Origin: a virus
Virus record (IMG/VR): IMGVR_UViG_3300008262_000047
Strand: one strand, 5' to 3'
Length of the DNA stretch: 64,000 nucleotides
In this document: positions 48,225-55,993 of the stretch, in pieces
Position numbering within the stretch: position 1 is the stretch's first letter
How the letters are laid out: each line of letters starts with the position of its first letter
Translations under genes and position numbers: made by a program
The notes under the pieces: generated by a model
What the model was told of the DNA's origin: nothing
Seen by the model: only the letters and a program-made list of their open reading frames with translations
The model's database searches: none

Positions 48225-49337
48225 ATGTCGAAACTTCATTCTGTTCTTCCTCCAGCGTCAGAGGCAGCTTTTCTGGGCGATGAACCCACCTGGTCTGAAC
48301 TTGTTTCGGAAGAGAAATATAATTCTGAGTTAAGTAAAGCTTTGAATTGGCACAACTATTGTGCTTCTGATAAAGATTATCAGAAATATATGGAGCAGTG
48401 GATCCGTGAGCATCGCTCAAGTTCAGCTAAGCGAGACATTGAAGCATTTAGGAAACTTTCTTTTGTGAATAAAACCATTTGTGCTCTTGCTCGAATTCAC
48501 CTCCAGGGATTTCCGTTGAAGTCTAAAGATTCACAACATATCCGTAATTACATCATGGAGTTCACCGGCATTTCTGGAAAGAAGGTTACCACCCAAACAT
48601 CTACTAAAGTTAGGAGTGTTCCTTCAATCCAAGAACGAATCCGTGCGCAAGTAGCATCCATTCTATCTGACTTAGATGTCCGCGTGGATGATGCCTTTGA
48701 AGATAATTTGGCTACGCCCGAGGACATTTCGGGAGATATTCTGTCACAAAATTTCAAGGGTCCGCAGCTCAAGCTCATTCAGGATTATTTGAATCGCAAT
48801 TTGATTGAATGGATTCAGGCATATTCTGGTGACGATGAACAGCTTGCCCAGGGATACAAGTATATCGGAAGGCGTAATCTCAAAAAGATTATTGATACTT
48901 TCACTCAGGTCATGGATACCATTTCACAGCAATCCACACGGATCAAGACGCAGCGTATTCGCAAGAAGAAGCCTGTGGACAAGAAGAAGATGGCAAGCAA
49001 GCTTCGCTTCATGAAGGATTTCCCAGAACTGAACATTCAGAGTTTGAATCCGGTTGATATCATCGGCGCCAATATGATTTGGGTCTATGATACCAAGAAG
49101 CGCCGACTTGGATACTATGAGGCAGAATTGAAGAACAGTTTGTTTGTGAAGGGTACAAAGATTGAGGGATTCAAGGTGACCTGCGAGAAAATTCTACGTA
49201 AGCCCGAGGAACAAATTCCCGAAATCATGAAGCTCCGAAAGAATCAGACTGTCAATTGGTTTGATGGCATTCGTGCAAAGTGTAAGGACATGACTGGACG
49301 TACTAATACTAATCTCATTCTGTTGAGGATTGACTAA
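48225..49337 (+). CDS. conserved T4-like hypothetical
   Basis: SIQERI, IIGA..IWVYDTK, LRKPEE, GRTN. Confidence 0.7.
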   Translation: MSKLHSVLPPASEAAFLGDEPTWSELVSEEKYNSELSKALNWHNYCASDKDYQKYMEQWIREHRSSSAKRDIEAFRKLSFVNKTICALARIHLQGFPLKSKDSQHIRNYIMEFTGISGKKVTTQTSTKVRSVPSIQERIRAQVASILSDLDVRVDDAFEDNLATPEDISGDILSQNFKGPQLKLIQDYLNRNLIEWIQAYSGDDEQLAQGYKYIGRRNLKKIIDTFTQVMDTISQQSTRIKTQRIRKKKPVDKKKMASKLRFMKDFPELNIQSLNPVDIIGANMIWVYDTKKRRLGYYEAELKNSLFVKGTKIEGFKVTCEKILRKPEEQIPEIMKLRKNQTVNWFDGIRAKCKDMTGRTNTNLILLRID

Positions 49338-49597
49338 TGAATACACAATTTGATTTGGAAGATATGTTGATGAAGTGCTGGCATGTGACTGACGATATTG
49401 ACCTCGTGGCTACAATGGTAGGAAACATGGATATCAACGCACGGGATAAGGATCGACTCTTGAACATTCTTATTGGATTGAAGGAGTTGTATAATGCTCG
49501 CCATAGTGCAACGTTCGCTGTATTTGAAGACCTTGTGGGTCGAGGTGTCTTTACAAAACCCCATTGGGACCAGTCCTCATTCAATCCTCCTGTTTGA
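49337..49597 (+). CDS. hypothetical
   Basis: FDLED.LMKCWHVTDD; coupled start. Confidence 0.6.
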   Translation: MNTQFDLEDMLMKCWHVTDDIDLVATMVGNMDINARDKDRLLNILIGLKELYNARHSATFAVFEDLVGRGVFTKPHWDQSSFNPPV

Positions 49598-49600
49598 TTA

Positions 49601-49879
49601 ATGGATAATTTTCATTATCATTTTGGGATACATAGTAACATCCCAATGTGTTGTGCACTTTTCTATCAGCGAAAAAAGGATGAGGGGGTTGAACAAATTG
49701 GTTTAACCTATCGTCCTGAATTCATGGATCTTGACAAATATTTGCATATTCGTTATGTTTTATGTGATGACTGTGCTCATCAAGTGCTTTCAGGTAACCA
49801 CACTGTAGTACGTACATTACATCTTTGCCATCGGGATCCCACTCCTGATTGTGAAATATATCTTACAGAGGTAACATGA
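49601..49879 (+). CDS. Cys/His-rich hypothetical; contains promoter for rnh
   Basis: IPMCC..F, CDDC; TTGACA 49731, 17 nt, TATGTT 49754. Confidence 0.5.
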   Translation: MDNFHYHFGIHSNIPMCCALFYQRKKDEGVEQIGLTYRPEFMDLDKYLHIRYVLCDDCAHQVLSGNHTVVRTLHLCHRDPTPDCEIYLTEVT

Positions 49880-50763
49880 TTATTGTAGATTATAGCCAGA
49901 CGGCAATTAGCACTCTCATGGCAGAGCTTCGTGGGCGGACTGACGCAGAAATCAGTACGCCACTTATTCGCCATATGATTATTAACGCACTACGCAGCTA
50001 TAAGCTGAAGTATGGAAAAGAGTTTGGGGAAATTGTTATTGCCTGTGATAATAAACATTATTGGCGCAAGAAGATGTTCCCATATTACAAGGCAAATAGA
50101 AAGAAGGCGCGAGATGATTCTGGTTTCGACTGGCATGCCATTTTCGAGGCGTTGAATCAAATCAAGCAGGAACTTGCCGAGCATTTCCCTTATCCTGTTG
50201 TTGAGGCGGAAACGGCAGAAGCCGATGACATTATTGCATCACTGGTAATTTGGTCACAGGACCATGACCTTGTTCAAGAAGGTCTTGATATGGTCCCGCA
50301 ACCTGTGTTGATCCTATCAGGCGACCATGACTTCACACAGCTTCAACGTTACAAGAACGTGAAGCAGTATAGCCCCATCCACAAGAAGTGGGTGAAGGCG
50401 GAAGAAAGCATTGATAAGATTGTCATGGAACATATTCTATTGGGTGACAAGGGTGACGGTGTACCTAACTTTCTTTCACCGGACGATGTGTTTGTAAGCG
50501 GTGGTCGGCAGAAGCCTATTCGTAAAAAGGATTTGGAAGAATGGAAGAAGCTACCCATCTCACATTGGGATGGTACACCCCATGAGGCAAACATTCGTCG
50601 TAATGCCAATTTGGTGGACTTGCGAAATATCCCAGAGGAGATTGGCCAAACTATTATAAATAACTTCACATCTCAAAAGGATGTTCGGGATAAATCACAA
50701 TTGCTAAATTATTTTATTGCTCACAAGATGAAGAATCTCATGGAGCACATCACGGAGTTCTGA
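49876..50763 (+). CDS. rnh: T4 RNase H (5'-3' flap exonuclease)
   Basis: IIVDYSQ, YYKANRK, EADD, SGDHDF, GDKGDGVPN. Confidence 0.93.
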   Translation: MIIVDYSQTAISTLMAELRGRTDAEISTPLIRHMIINALRSYKLKYGKEFGEIVIACDNKHYWRKKMFPYYKANRKKARDDSGFDWHAIFEALNQIKQELAEHFPYPVVEAETAEADDIIASLVIWSQDHDLVQEGLDMVPQPVLILSGDHDFTQLQRYKNVKQYSPIHKKWVKAEESIDKIVMEHILLGDKGDGVPNFLSPDDVFVSGGRQKPIRKKDLEEWKKLPISHWDGTPHEANIRRNANLVDLRNIPEEIGQTIINNFTSQKDVRDKSQLLNYFIAHKMKNLMEHITEF

Positions 50764-50764
50764 T

Positions 50765-51262
50765 ATGAAAGCAACAGCGGTCATGTTGTTAAATGAAAAA
50801 CTAGATTATATTGCTAAAGGTGAGACACTTGAAATTCAAGTAAATCGTGCCAGAGAAATTGCACGTTTGGATGTTACATTTGCTCCCTTGATGCGTATGG
50901 CAGTTATTGCTGAAGAAAAACTATCAGGGTTACCTGACGGTATGCCTGATACGTATAAGCCTGAAACAGCCATTCCTGATGGTATTTCCCATACCACAGC
51001 ACGTCAGGAATTTCGTAGAATAAAAAACTTTCTACCTAAAGGTTCCATGCAACAAATACCTACACACAAAAGAGAGCTTAGTTGGTTACAAATGCTCGAA
51101 GGAATGCACTGGAAAGAAGCCAATGTCATGGTCCACATTAAGGATCAAACATTACTTCAAGTGTATCCAAACATGCGTGAGGTCTTGACAACCTTAGGTG
51201 CAAAGATTAATATCAAAGAAGTAGCACAAGAAACAAAAAAGAAAAAGCCCAAAAAGACGTAA
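50765..51262 (+). CDS. conserved T4-like hypothetical following rnh
   Basis: LPDG.P, KRE..WLQMLEGMH.KEA. Confidence 0.65.
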   Translation: MKATAVMLLNEKLDYIAKGETLEIQVNRAREIARLDVTFAPLMRMAVIAEEKLSGLPDGMPDTYKPETAIPDGISHTTARQEFRRIKNFLPKGSMQQIPTHKRELSWLQMLEGMHWKEANVMVHIKDQTLLQVYPNMREVLTTLGAKINIKEVAQETKKKKPKKT

Positions 51263-51281
51263 AGTGTAATCTACATCTACG

Positions 51282-51390
51282 TACCCTGGGGCTTGACAAA
51301 TGAGTCCCAGGGTATTATATTTAAGTATAGTGAAAAACAACAAAAAGTTTCAAAGTAGGGCTTGACAAACGAAGGACACTGTGTTAGATT
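51282..51390 (+). promoter_or_regulatory. tandem early promoters driving the tRNA array
   Basis: TTGACA 51293/TATATT 51316 and TTGACA 51362/TAGATT 51385, both 17-nt spacers; first -35 lies in a TACCCTGGGGCT/AGTCCCAGGGTA inverted repeat. Confidence 0.8.
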
Positions 51391-51427
51391 ACATATGTGT
51401 TCGCTAGTTGACAACTACAGTACTTAC

Positions 51428-51499
51428 GCCGCGTTCGTCTATCGGTTAGGACGCTAGACTTTCACTCTGGTAAGATGGGTTCGATTCCCATACGCGGTA
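51428..51499 (+). tRNA. tRNA-Glu(TTC)
   Basis: Cloverleaf; loop CT-TTC-AC; GGTTCGATTCC. Confidence 0.9.
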
Positions 51500-51504
51500 C
51501 TTCT

Positions 51505-51679
51505 CGTCAACTTTGTAGGGTGATTTGACGTTAAATGCAGAACTCTACCGCTATTCATATTCGGCGCAGGAATATGGGCTTGGCAACGTGTCGGATGTTG
51601 CAAAAGGTTAAGGGGAGCGGGTCTAGACCGCGCGACATCCTTGGGTATCTGGAACATACCTCAATTGTCACCCCTCTAC
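51505..51679 (+). ncRNA. unidentified structured RNA between tRNA-Glu and tRNA-Gln
   Basis: Closing stem GGGTGAT/GTCACCC; hairpins TCATATTC/GAATATGG, GGATGTTGC/GCGACATCC, GCGG/CCGC, GGTAT/ATACC. Confidence 0.55.
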
Positions 51680-51750
51680 TGCCCTCTCGTATAATGGCAA
51701 TACAGTTGACTTTGGATCAACGAATCGTGGTTCGATTCCATGGAGGGCAA
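51680..51750 (+). tRNA. tRNA-Gln(TTG)
   Basis: Cloverleaf; CT-TTG-GA. Confidence 0.9.
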
Positions 51751-51789
51751 TGTAGTACCCGTCAATAAAAAACAAACAAAGGAGATAAT

Positions 51790-51960
51790 ATGCGTAATAT
51801 GATTTTTGCAGTAGCACTTGTTGGTCTTGCCGCTTGTGGTAGCAAGGAAGAAACCGCAGTTGATACCACAGTTGCCGCCCCTGCTGATACGGCAGCTGCT
51901 GTAACGGTTCCTGACAGTGCAGTAACCAGCACACCACTTGACACAGTGGTAGCCAAGTAA
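51790..51960 (+). CDS. small lipoprotein (56 aa, not in ORF track)
   Basis: AGGAG RBS; lipobox LAAC; DTT/DTA/DSA/DTV-rich tail; followed by perfect UUCG hairpin 51964-51985. Confidence 0.75.
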   Translation: MRNMIFAVALVGLAACGSKEETAVDTTVAAPADTAAAVTVPDSAVTSTPLDTVVAK

Positions 51961-51988
51961 CAAAGTAGGTCCTTCGGGACCTACTCAC

Positions 51989-52061
51989 GGGTCCATAGCT
52001 CAGCTGGGAGAGCGTCCGCTTTGCAAGCGAAAGGTCGTCGGTTCGATCCCGACTGGATCCA
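51989..52061 (+). tRNA. tRNA-Ala(TGC)
   Basis: Cloverleaf; TT-TGC-AA; G3-U70. Confidence 0.9.
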
Positions 52062-52065
52062 TATT

Positions 52066-52139
52066 GGGTGGTTAGCTCAGTTGGTTAGAGCATCTCGTTT
52101 ACACCGAGAGGGTCGGGGGTTCGAGTCCCTCACTACCCA
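52066..52139 (+). tRNA. tRNA-Val(TAC)
   Basis: Cloverleaf; TT-TAC-AC. Confidence 0.92.
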
Positions 52140-52153
52140 TAACAAGGAGAAAC

Positions 52154-52369
52154 ATGAATACAGTTACCATACATGCTCATGTAAAGACACTTGACAATTG
52201 TATATGGATTGTGCATATTAATGATGTGCGACATGAGGCAACCGATGTCATCATCAATTGTAAATCATACACAACAAGAAAATCAGAAAAAGATAAAATA
52301 GGTATGTGGAGAATCATATGTCACCCTGAACGGGTGTCATGGCAAGACAAAACATGTATTCTTGATTAG
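52154..52369 (+). CDS. small hypothetical
   Basis: AAGGAG RBS. Confidence 0.55.
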   Translation: MNTVTIHAHVKTLDNCIWIVHINDVRHEATDVIINCKSYTTRKSEKDKIGMWRIICHPERVSWQDKTCILD

Positions 52370-52452
52370 GCTCTGGTGGCGGAATGGTATACGCGGCGGT
52401 CTCAAAAACCGCTTCCCACCCGGGATTGCGAGTTCGAGTCTCGCCCGGAGCA
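52370..52452 (+). tRNA. tRNA-Leu(CAA)
   Basis: CT-CAA-AA; long variable arm. Confidence 0.9.
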
Positions 52453-52455
52453 TAA

Positions 52456-52540
52456 GGACAGTTGGCAGAGTGGTCTATTGCAGCGGTCTTGAAAACCGCC
52501 GTACTGAAAGGTACCGAGAGTTCGAATCCCTCACTGTCCG
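52456..52540 (+). tRNA. tRNA-Ser(TGA)
   Basis: CT-TGA-AA; long variable arm; G73. Confidence 0.9.
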
Positions 52541-52561
52541 TGACTTTATCATGAGGTACTG

Positions 52562-52936
52562 ATGCCTTATAAAATTACAAATTCTGAAAAGAAGGATGTA
52601 TCTGATAAAACCTATTGGATGAAAACGCTACACAATGGGAAAAAGATATATCTGGAAGATGAAGTATGGTATCGGTGGGGTGAGGTGATTGTTGAAGATG
52701 ACCCCCGTGAGAATGGTTGGAAAGAAGGTGAACCATTAGTTGCAGGTGATTTTAACATCACAGACCATAACTTAAATGATGGATGTTGGTCAGATAGGTA
52801 TGGGGTGGAAGAATTATCGAAAAAAGAACAGAAACTTCTTGAAGAAGTAATGTTCTTGGATGAGGCAGGTTGGGAAGCATATGACTCAGAGATTACATTC
52901 TACGGTCCTGTAGAAATTGAAGAAGTAGATGAATGA
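52562..52936 (+). CDS. acidic hypothetical
   Basis: GAGG RBS; WYRWG, DGCW. Confidence 0.6.
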   Translation: MPYKITNSEKKDVSDKTYWMKTLHNGKKIYLEDEVWYRWGEVIVEDDPRENGWKEGEPLVAGDFNITDHNLNDGCWSDRYGVEELSKKEQKLLEEVMFLDEAGWEAYDSEITFYGPVEIEEVDE

Positions 52937-53009
52937 GCGTCGGTAGCTCAATTGGTAGAGCACTGGTCTCCAAAACCAGGGGTTGGGGGTTCGATTCCCT
53001 CCCGGCGTG
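52937..53009 (+). tRNA. tRNA-Trp(CCA)
   Basis: CT-CCA-AA. Confidence 0.9.
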
Positions 53010-53012
53010 TGC

Positions 53013-53095
53013 GCGCTCATGGCGGAACTGGCAGACGCACCAGACTTAGGATCTGGCGGTGAAGAACCGTGGGGGTTCAACTCCCTCTGGGCGCA
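53013..53095 (+). tRNA. tRNA-Leu(TAG)
   Basis: CT-TAG-GA; long variable arm. Confidence 0.9.
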
Positions 53096-53103
53096 TGAAG
53101 GGC

Positions 53104-53132
53104 TTGACAAATGAAGTACACTGTAGTATATT
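53104..53132 (+). promoter_or_regulatory. early promoter in tRNA array
   Basis: TTGACA, 17 nt, TATATT. Confidence 0.75.
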
Positions 53133-53173
53133 ACATATGTTAATTGAAAATGAATGAATGGCAGTAATGAAAT

Positions 53174-53256
53174 GCTCCGATGGTGAAATCGGTAAACACA
53201 GGAGACTTAAAATCTCCCGCCCCAAAGGCTTGTCGGTTCGATTCCGACTCGGAGCA
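53174..53256 (+). tRNA. tRNA-Leu(TAA)
   Basis: CT-TAA-AA; long variable arm. Confidence 0.9.
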
Positions 53257-53266
53257 CTGTAGTAAA

Positions 53267-53372
53267 ATAGTTGGCAGTGAAGCACACCCACTTCACGTTA
53301 GCTCCCTCAATGACGGTATGAACTGGTCGTAACACCGGTGCGTAGGGCTCCTACGGGTTCCGTCCCAACTAT
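53267..53372 (+). ncRNA. unidentified multi-stem RNA between tRNA-Leu and tRNA-Lys
   Basis: Closing stem ATAGTTGG/CCAACTAT; GTGAAG/CTTCAC; GACGG/CCGTC enclosing CTGGT/ACCGG and CGTAGG/CCTACG. Confidence 0.65.
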
Positions 53373-53388
53373 GTATTAATGTAGTAAT

Positions 53389-53462
53389 GCACCCCTAGTG
53401 TCAGCGGTTAGCACAAGAGACTTTTAATCTTTTAGGGCTGGGTTCGAATCCCAGGGGGTGCA
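53389..53462 (+). tRNA. tRNA-Lys(TTT)
   Basis: CT-TTT-AA. Confidence 0.88.
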
Positions 53463-53520
53463 CTTGTAGGACGATGAGCAACGGAAACCAATCAGACCTT
53501 AAGTCCACTGGTAATATATT

Positions 53521-53593
53521 CCGCCTGTAGCTCATCGGTTAGAGTGGCCGTCTTATAAACGGTTGGTAGATGGTTCAATTCCATCCAGGCGGA
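53521..53593 (+). tRNA. tRNA-Ile(TAT)
   Basis: GCCGT-CT-TAT-AA-ACGGT; full cloverleaf; A73. Confidence 0.85.
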
Positions 53594-53617
53594 TTACATT
53601 ATGGTACGGAGAGATAT

Positions 53618-53827
53618 ATGAAACAAAGAATTATCAATATGCTTCGCACACAGGCCGAAGCAGAACGTGAGAAGGCGCTACTTTCATTGGAGTTATTGAT
53701 GAATCATCCGGTAGGTATCGGTGACCACTCAACAGGTGATTTCTATAAGAACGCAGAAGAAGCATTACAGATGCTTGTTGATGCCGAAGATAAGTTGGAA
53801 ACATTGGATAAGTATTTTTCTGAATAA
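53618..53827 (+). CDS. conserved small phage hypothetical
   Basis: PVGIGDH motif; GGAG RBS. Confidence 0.7.
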   Translation: MKQRIINMLRTQAEAEREKALLSLELLMNHPVGIGDHSTGDFYKNAEEALQMLVDAEDKLETLDKYFSE

Positions 53828-53834
53828 AGTAGTT

Positions 53835-53906
53835 GCACGTGTCATATAACGGCTATTATCCTAGCCTTCCAAGCTAGAGACATGGGTTCGACTCCCATCA
53901 CGTGCT
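53835..53906 (+). tRNA. tRNA-Gly(TCC)
   Basis: CT-TCC-AA; U73. Confidence 0.88.
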
Positions 53907-53923
53907 TGTCTAAATAGATGTAC

Positions 53924-53996
53924 GCTAGCATAGCTCAGTTGGTAGAGCAGCTGATTTGTAATCAGCAGGTCGTCGGTTCAAACCCGTCTGCTAGCT
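53924..53996 (+). tRNA. tRNA-Thr(TGT)
   Basis: TT-TGT-AA. Confidence 0.9.
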
Positions 53997-54001
53997 CTTT
54001 T

Positions 54002-54073
54002 GCCTCGATAGCTCAATGGTAGAGCATGTGACTCTTAATCACCAGGTTCTAGGTTCGAGTCCTAGTCGGGGCA
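54002..54073 (+). tRNA. tRNA-Lys(CTT)
   Basis: CT-CTT-AA. Confidence 0.9.
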
Positions 54074-54088
54074 CATTGTTTTGCTGTT

Positions 54089-54161
54089 GCGGGTGTAGCT
54101 CAGTTGGTAGAGTACTTGCTTGCCAAGCAAGTTGTCGTGGGTTCGAGTCCCATCTCCCGCT
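54089..54161 (+). tRNA. tRNA-Gly(GCC)
   Basis: TT-GCC-AA; one acceptor-stem mismatch. Confidence 0.88.
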
Positions 54162-54170
54162 CTTTGAAAC

Positions 54171-54243
54171 GCCTCTGTAGCTCAGTTGGTAGAGCGCCAG
54201 CCTGAAGAGCTGGGCGTCGGCGGTTCGACTCCGTCCGGAGGCA
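54171..54243 (+). tRNA. tRNA-Phe(GAA)
   Basis: CT-GAA-GA. Confidence 0.9.
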
Positions 54244-54258
54244 TTGTAGTGCAACCAT

Positions 54259-54331
54259 TCCCAGATAGCTCAGTCGGTAGAGCAGGTGACTGTTAATCAC
54301 CGGGTCGGGGGTTCAAGTCCCTCTCTGGGAG
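54259..54331 (+). tRNA. tRNA-Asn(GTT)
   Basis: CT-GTT-AA; G73. Confidence 0.92.
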
Positions 54332-54354
54332 CTAATTTAACTTAATGAGATATT

Positions 54355-54630
54355 ATGAAAGACATTTTATTTGCAAAACCCAGAACGTTAACAGAAACAG
54401 AAGAACACATTATTGTGAAACGCAAGTGGTGGGCGGTGGTACTGCTGATTATTGGCGGTGTTATTCTTGCGGGTAGATTACCTGTACCTCTGTTTATTCC
54501 CTATGTGTTTTTCTTTTTTGGTCATGGAGGCATGTTACATAGCTTCTATAAGAAGCATGATTATCCCATGGTTATTGTCAATGCCGTTTGGCTACTCATT
54601 GATATGATTGGTATGATTCGCTGGTTTTAA
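54355..54630 (+). CDS. small 3-TM membrane protein
   Basis: Hydrophobic helices; GMIRW end. Confidence 0.6.
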   Translation: MKDILFAKPRTLTETEEHIIVKRKWWAVVLLIIGGVILAGRLPVPLFIPYVFFFFGHGGMLHSFYKKHDYPMVIVNAVWLLIDMIGMIRWF

Positions 54631-54631
54631 T

Positions 54632-55027
54632 ATGAAAGTTTCCATTGGTCGCTATCCAAAAGATCCAAACAAAGAACGGAAGATTTCTGTGAAAATTGAT
54701 CCATGGGATACGTGGAGTATGGATGTGACATTGGCGCATATCATTCTTCCTATGCTCAAGCAATTGAAGGAAACAAAACAGGGCGCGCCATATGTTGATG
54801 ACGAAGATGTACCTGAACACCTCCGCAAATCAGCAGCTCCACCAACTGAAAATGAGTGGGATACGGATGACAATCATTTCAAGCGGTGGGATTATGTTCT
54901 TGATGAAATGATTTTTGCGTTTGAAAGTAAACAAAATTGTACTTGGGTGGAAAAATATGTAAACCAAGTACGTATCATTAATGGACTTCGATTGTTTGGA
55001 AAATATTACGAAAGTTTATGGGACTAA
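54632..55027 (+). CDS. conserved phage hypothetical
   Basis: DTWSMD.TLA.II.PML, GLRLFGKYYESLWD. Confidence 0.7.
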   Translation: MKVSIGRYPKDPNKERKISVKIDPWDTWSMDVTLAHIILPMLKQLKETKQGAPYVDDEDVPEHLRKSAAPPTENEWDTDDNHFKRWDYVLDEMIFAFESKQNCTWVEKYVNQVRIINGLRLFGKYYESLWD

Positions 55028-55030
55028 ATC

Positions 55031-55300
55031 ATGTATAAAAAATATGAATATGAAAAGACCACACTCACCGCTCAGAGTTACAACAACAAGATTACAGTAG
55101 AACTTCCTGCTGACATCACGTTGAATGAATTTCTTGATGCATGCCGTGTACTGGCTATTGGATTAACCTTTTGTCCTGACTCTTGGAAAGAGACCATCAT
55201 TAATTTGGCTGATGAATATCGTGAACTTGATGAATATCGTGAAAAAAAATTCACACTCGGCAGTTCTGTATCTAGCACTGATGATGAATTTTTTCTATGA
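55031..55300 (+). CDS. hypothetical
   Basis: ORF in operon order. Confidence 0.55.
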   Translation: MYKKYEYEKTTLTAQSYNNKITVELPADITLNEFLDACRVLAIGLTFCPDSWKETIINLADEYRELDEYREKKFTLGSSVSSTDDEFFL

Positions 55301-55656
55301 GATTTCTCACACGAAAGCTCGTACAACCCGGTGATTTAAATGCGGGCAGTACCTTGTTTGGAGGAAGATGTTTGGCGTGGATTGATGAAGAGGCCGCAAT
55401 CTACGCCAGTATTGAATTACGTCATCGTAGAGTTGTTACCAAAAGCATCTCCGCCATCAACTTCATTGCTCCTGCCTTTCAAGGAGACATTGTTGAAATT
55501 GGCGTTGCACTAAAGAAAGTAGGCAAGACGAGCATCACGCTTGAGGTTCAGGTACGGGACTTGACAACTCAGCGTGTTATTGTTAATATTGATGAAATGA
55601 TTTTTGTTGCTGTTGATGAAAATGGGAGACCGGTGAAACATGGACTCTGTAAATAA
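55297..55656 (+). CDS. HotDog acyl-CoA thioesterase
   Basis: DLNAGSTLFGG..LAWIDE, INFIAP, FVAVDENGRP. Confidence 0.88.
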   Translation: MRFLTRKLVQPGDLNAGSTLFGGRCLAWIDEEAAIYASIELRHRRVVTKSISAINFIAPAFQGDIVEIGVALKKVGKTSITLEVQVRDLTTQRVIVNIDEMIFVAVDENGRPVKHGLCK

Positions 55657-55993
55657 GTTTATCATTGCCACAGGTGTATGGATCATTCTCACTCTTGTTG
55701 TGTATAAACACATAGGATGGGAAAAGGTTCGTGAATGTTATTTGTTATGGACGAAACGAGAATATTGGACCAATTATAACATTGTTGAAGCCTTGAGCTG
55801 GTTTGCCAAGGCTATTATCATTGTCCCAGGATTAATCTTCAATGTTAGTATCTGGTGGTTATATTTCTTTACGCTGTTCACAAGTTTAACCTTAATTTGG
55901 GCAAGTAATAAAAAACTTCTCCCCACCCTGGTAGGATTCAATACATTATGGGCATGGATTAGTTGTATGGTACTTGCAAAACACATACTATGA
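55640..55993 (+). CDS. membrane protein
   Basis: Multiple hydrophobic helices; KAIIIVPGL, KKLLPTLV.FN. Confidence 0.65.
   Translation: MDSVNKFIIATGVWIILTLVVYKHIGWEKVRECYLLWTKREYWTNYNIVEALSWFAKAIIIVPGLIFNVSIWWLYFFTLFTSLTLIWASNKKLLPTLVGFNTLWAWISCMVLAKHIL

Noticed and set aside
51535-51768. 77-aa ORF, and a possible tmRNA-like tag frame (AELYRYSY...) in the first ncRNA
   Set aside because: ORF lacks an RBS and runs through tRNA-Gln; no tmRNA tRNA-like domain or Ala-ending tag
52362-52562. ORFs overlapping tRNAs (also 54039-54300, N-terminal extensions at 53570, 58045, 60403)
   Set aside because: Translations of tRNA sequence
53466-53515. GATGAG...GAAAC spacer resembling a hammerhead or small riboswitch
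   Set aside because: CUGANGA core and stems II/III not formed; only a 4-bp GGAC/GTCC stem
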